Assembly (NCBI GenBank): GCA_024691085.1
Contig: JAILNX010000011.1
Location: forward strand, 27,301 to 91,300
Length of the DNA: 64,000 nt
Direction of reading: 5' to 3'
Source of the DNA: Clostridiales bacterium
GTDB lineage: Bacteria; Bacillota; Clostridia; Christensenellales; CAG-138
Below the pieces are notes generated by a model. It was given only the letters and a program-made list of their open reading frames with translations, ran no database searches and had not been told where the DNA came from. Positions 63,880 to 64,000 of the stretch are shown here, piece by piece (position 1 is the first letter of the stretch; the number at the start of each line of letters is the position of its first letter). A program made the translations under genes and the position numbers.

Positions 63880-63947
63880 ACTTGCGTTTGATTTTTAAGC
63901 CGTTGCATTATGTGCAATTCGGTTTATCCCGGCAAGGAGGTGTAAAT

Positions 63948-64000
63948 ATGAGTAGGTATTGTGAGGTATGCGGTAAGGGTACCATGAGCGGCAATCTGGT
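63948..64000 (+). CDS. rpmB: 50S ribosomal protein L28, 5' end only (runs off the window)
   Basis: AAGGAGG lies 7 nt upstream of the ATG. MSRYCEVCGKGTMSGNLV.. matches the conserved L28 N-terminus (MS..C..CGK....GN.VSH). Confidence 0.85.
   Translation, partial: MSRYCEVCGKGTMSGNL

Noticed and set aside
63880-63947. Possible regulatory leader or riboswitch upstream of rpmB, and in other 140-250-nt intergenic regions (21542-21706, 28255-28410, 46261-46506, 61640-61783)
   Set aside because: I could not recognise any known riboswitch, T-box, CIRCE or CtsR-box pattern by eye. Only promoters and short incidental hairpins were seen. A covariance-model scan would be needed to exclude small RNAs.

Overview
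This is a GC-rich, very gene-dense chromosomal segment. It reads like the core genome of a spore-forming Firmicute of Clostridia type. That placement is an inference from spoIIID, gpr, a SpoVB-like flippase, a SipL/SpoVID-like LysM protein and Bacillus/Clostridium-style operon orders. I can support about 60 protein genes and two tRNA genes (Tyr-GTA on +, Ala-GGC on -). Most genes sit in long co-directional operons with overlapping stop/start codons. The operons are: (1) rsmD-coaD-coiled-coil gene; (2) SpoVB-like/recX/BirA-fusion/amidohydrolase/MTHFS; (3) uvrC-HAD-glcK; (4) pdp-queA-tgt-tsaE-tsaB; (5) tig-clpP-clpX-FAH-rqcH; (6) gpr and rpsT; (7) recD2-comFC-rimI-ridA-comEC-holA; (8) def-fmt-rsmB-rlmN-prpC-prkC-rsgA-rpe plus a topoisomerase IIA A subunit; (9) lon; (10) Rrf2-nifS-nifU-DUF2156; (11) pgsA; (12) prmA-rsmE-mtaB-HIT-ClpC-like-glycerate kinase; (13) a SipL-like gene, tspO and the start of rpmB. 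I recognised no transposase, integrase, CRISPR array, restriction, toxin-antitoxin or biosynthetic cluster. I did not find a convincing novel multi-gene system. The most anomalous locus is the 35.28-35.74 kb spacer between the two tRNA genes. It holds one orphan copy of the tRNA-Tyr 3' end and three tandem copies of a tRNA-Ala 3'-end look-alike. All four copies carry the same one-base T-loop insertion, and long hairpins start inside the CCA ends. The remaining observations are protein-architecture oddities. These are a BirA::NAD(P)HX-dehydratase fusion, an E2-acyltransferase-domain protein with the catalytic His replaced, a ClpC paralog with a degenerate second AAA+ module and no M-domain, a glycerate kinase with an unknown N-terminal domain, a ComEC without the beta-lactamase-fold domain, and an orphan GyrA/ParC-family subunit. 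The many long antisense ORFs in the track are shadow ORFs typical of GC-rich coding DNA. All functional calls come from motif reading by eye; no database search was run.
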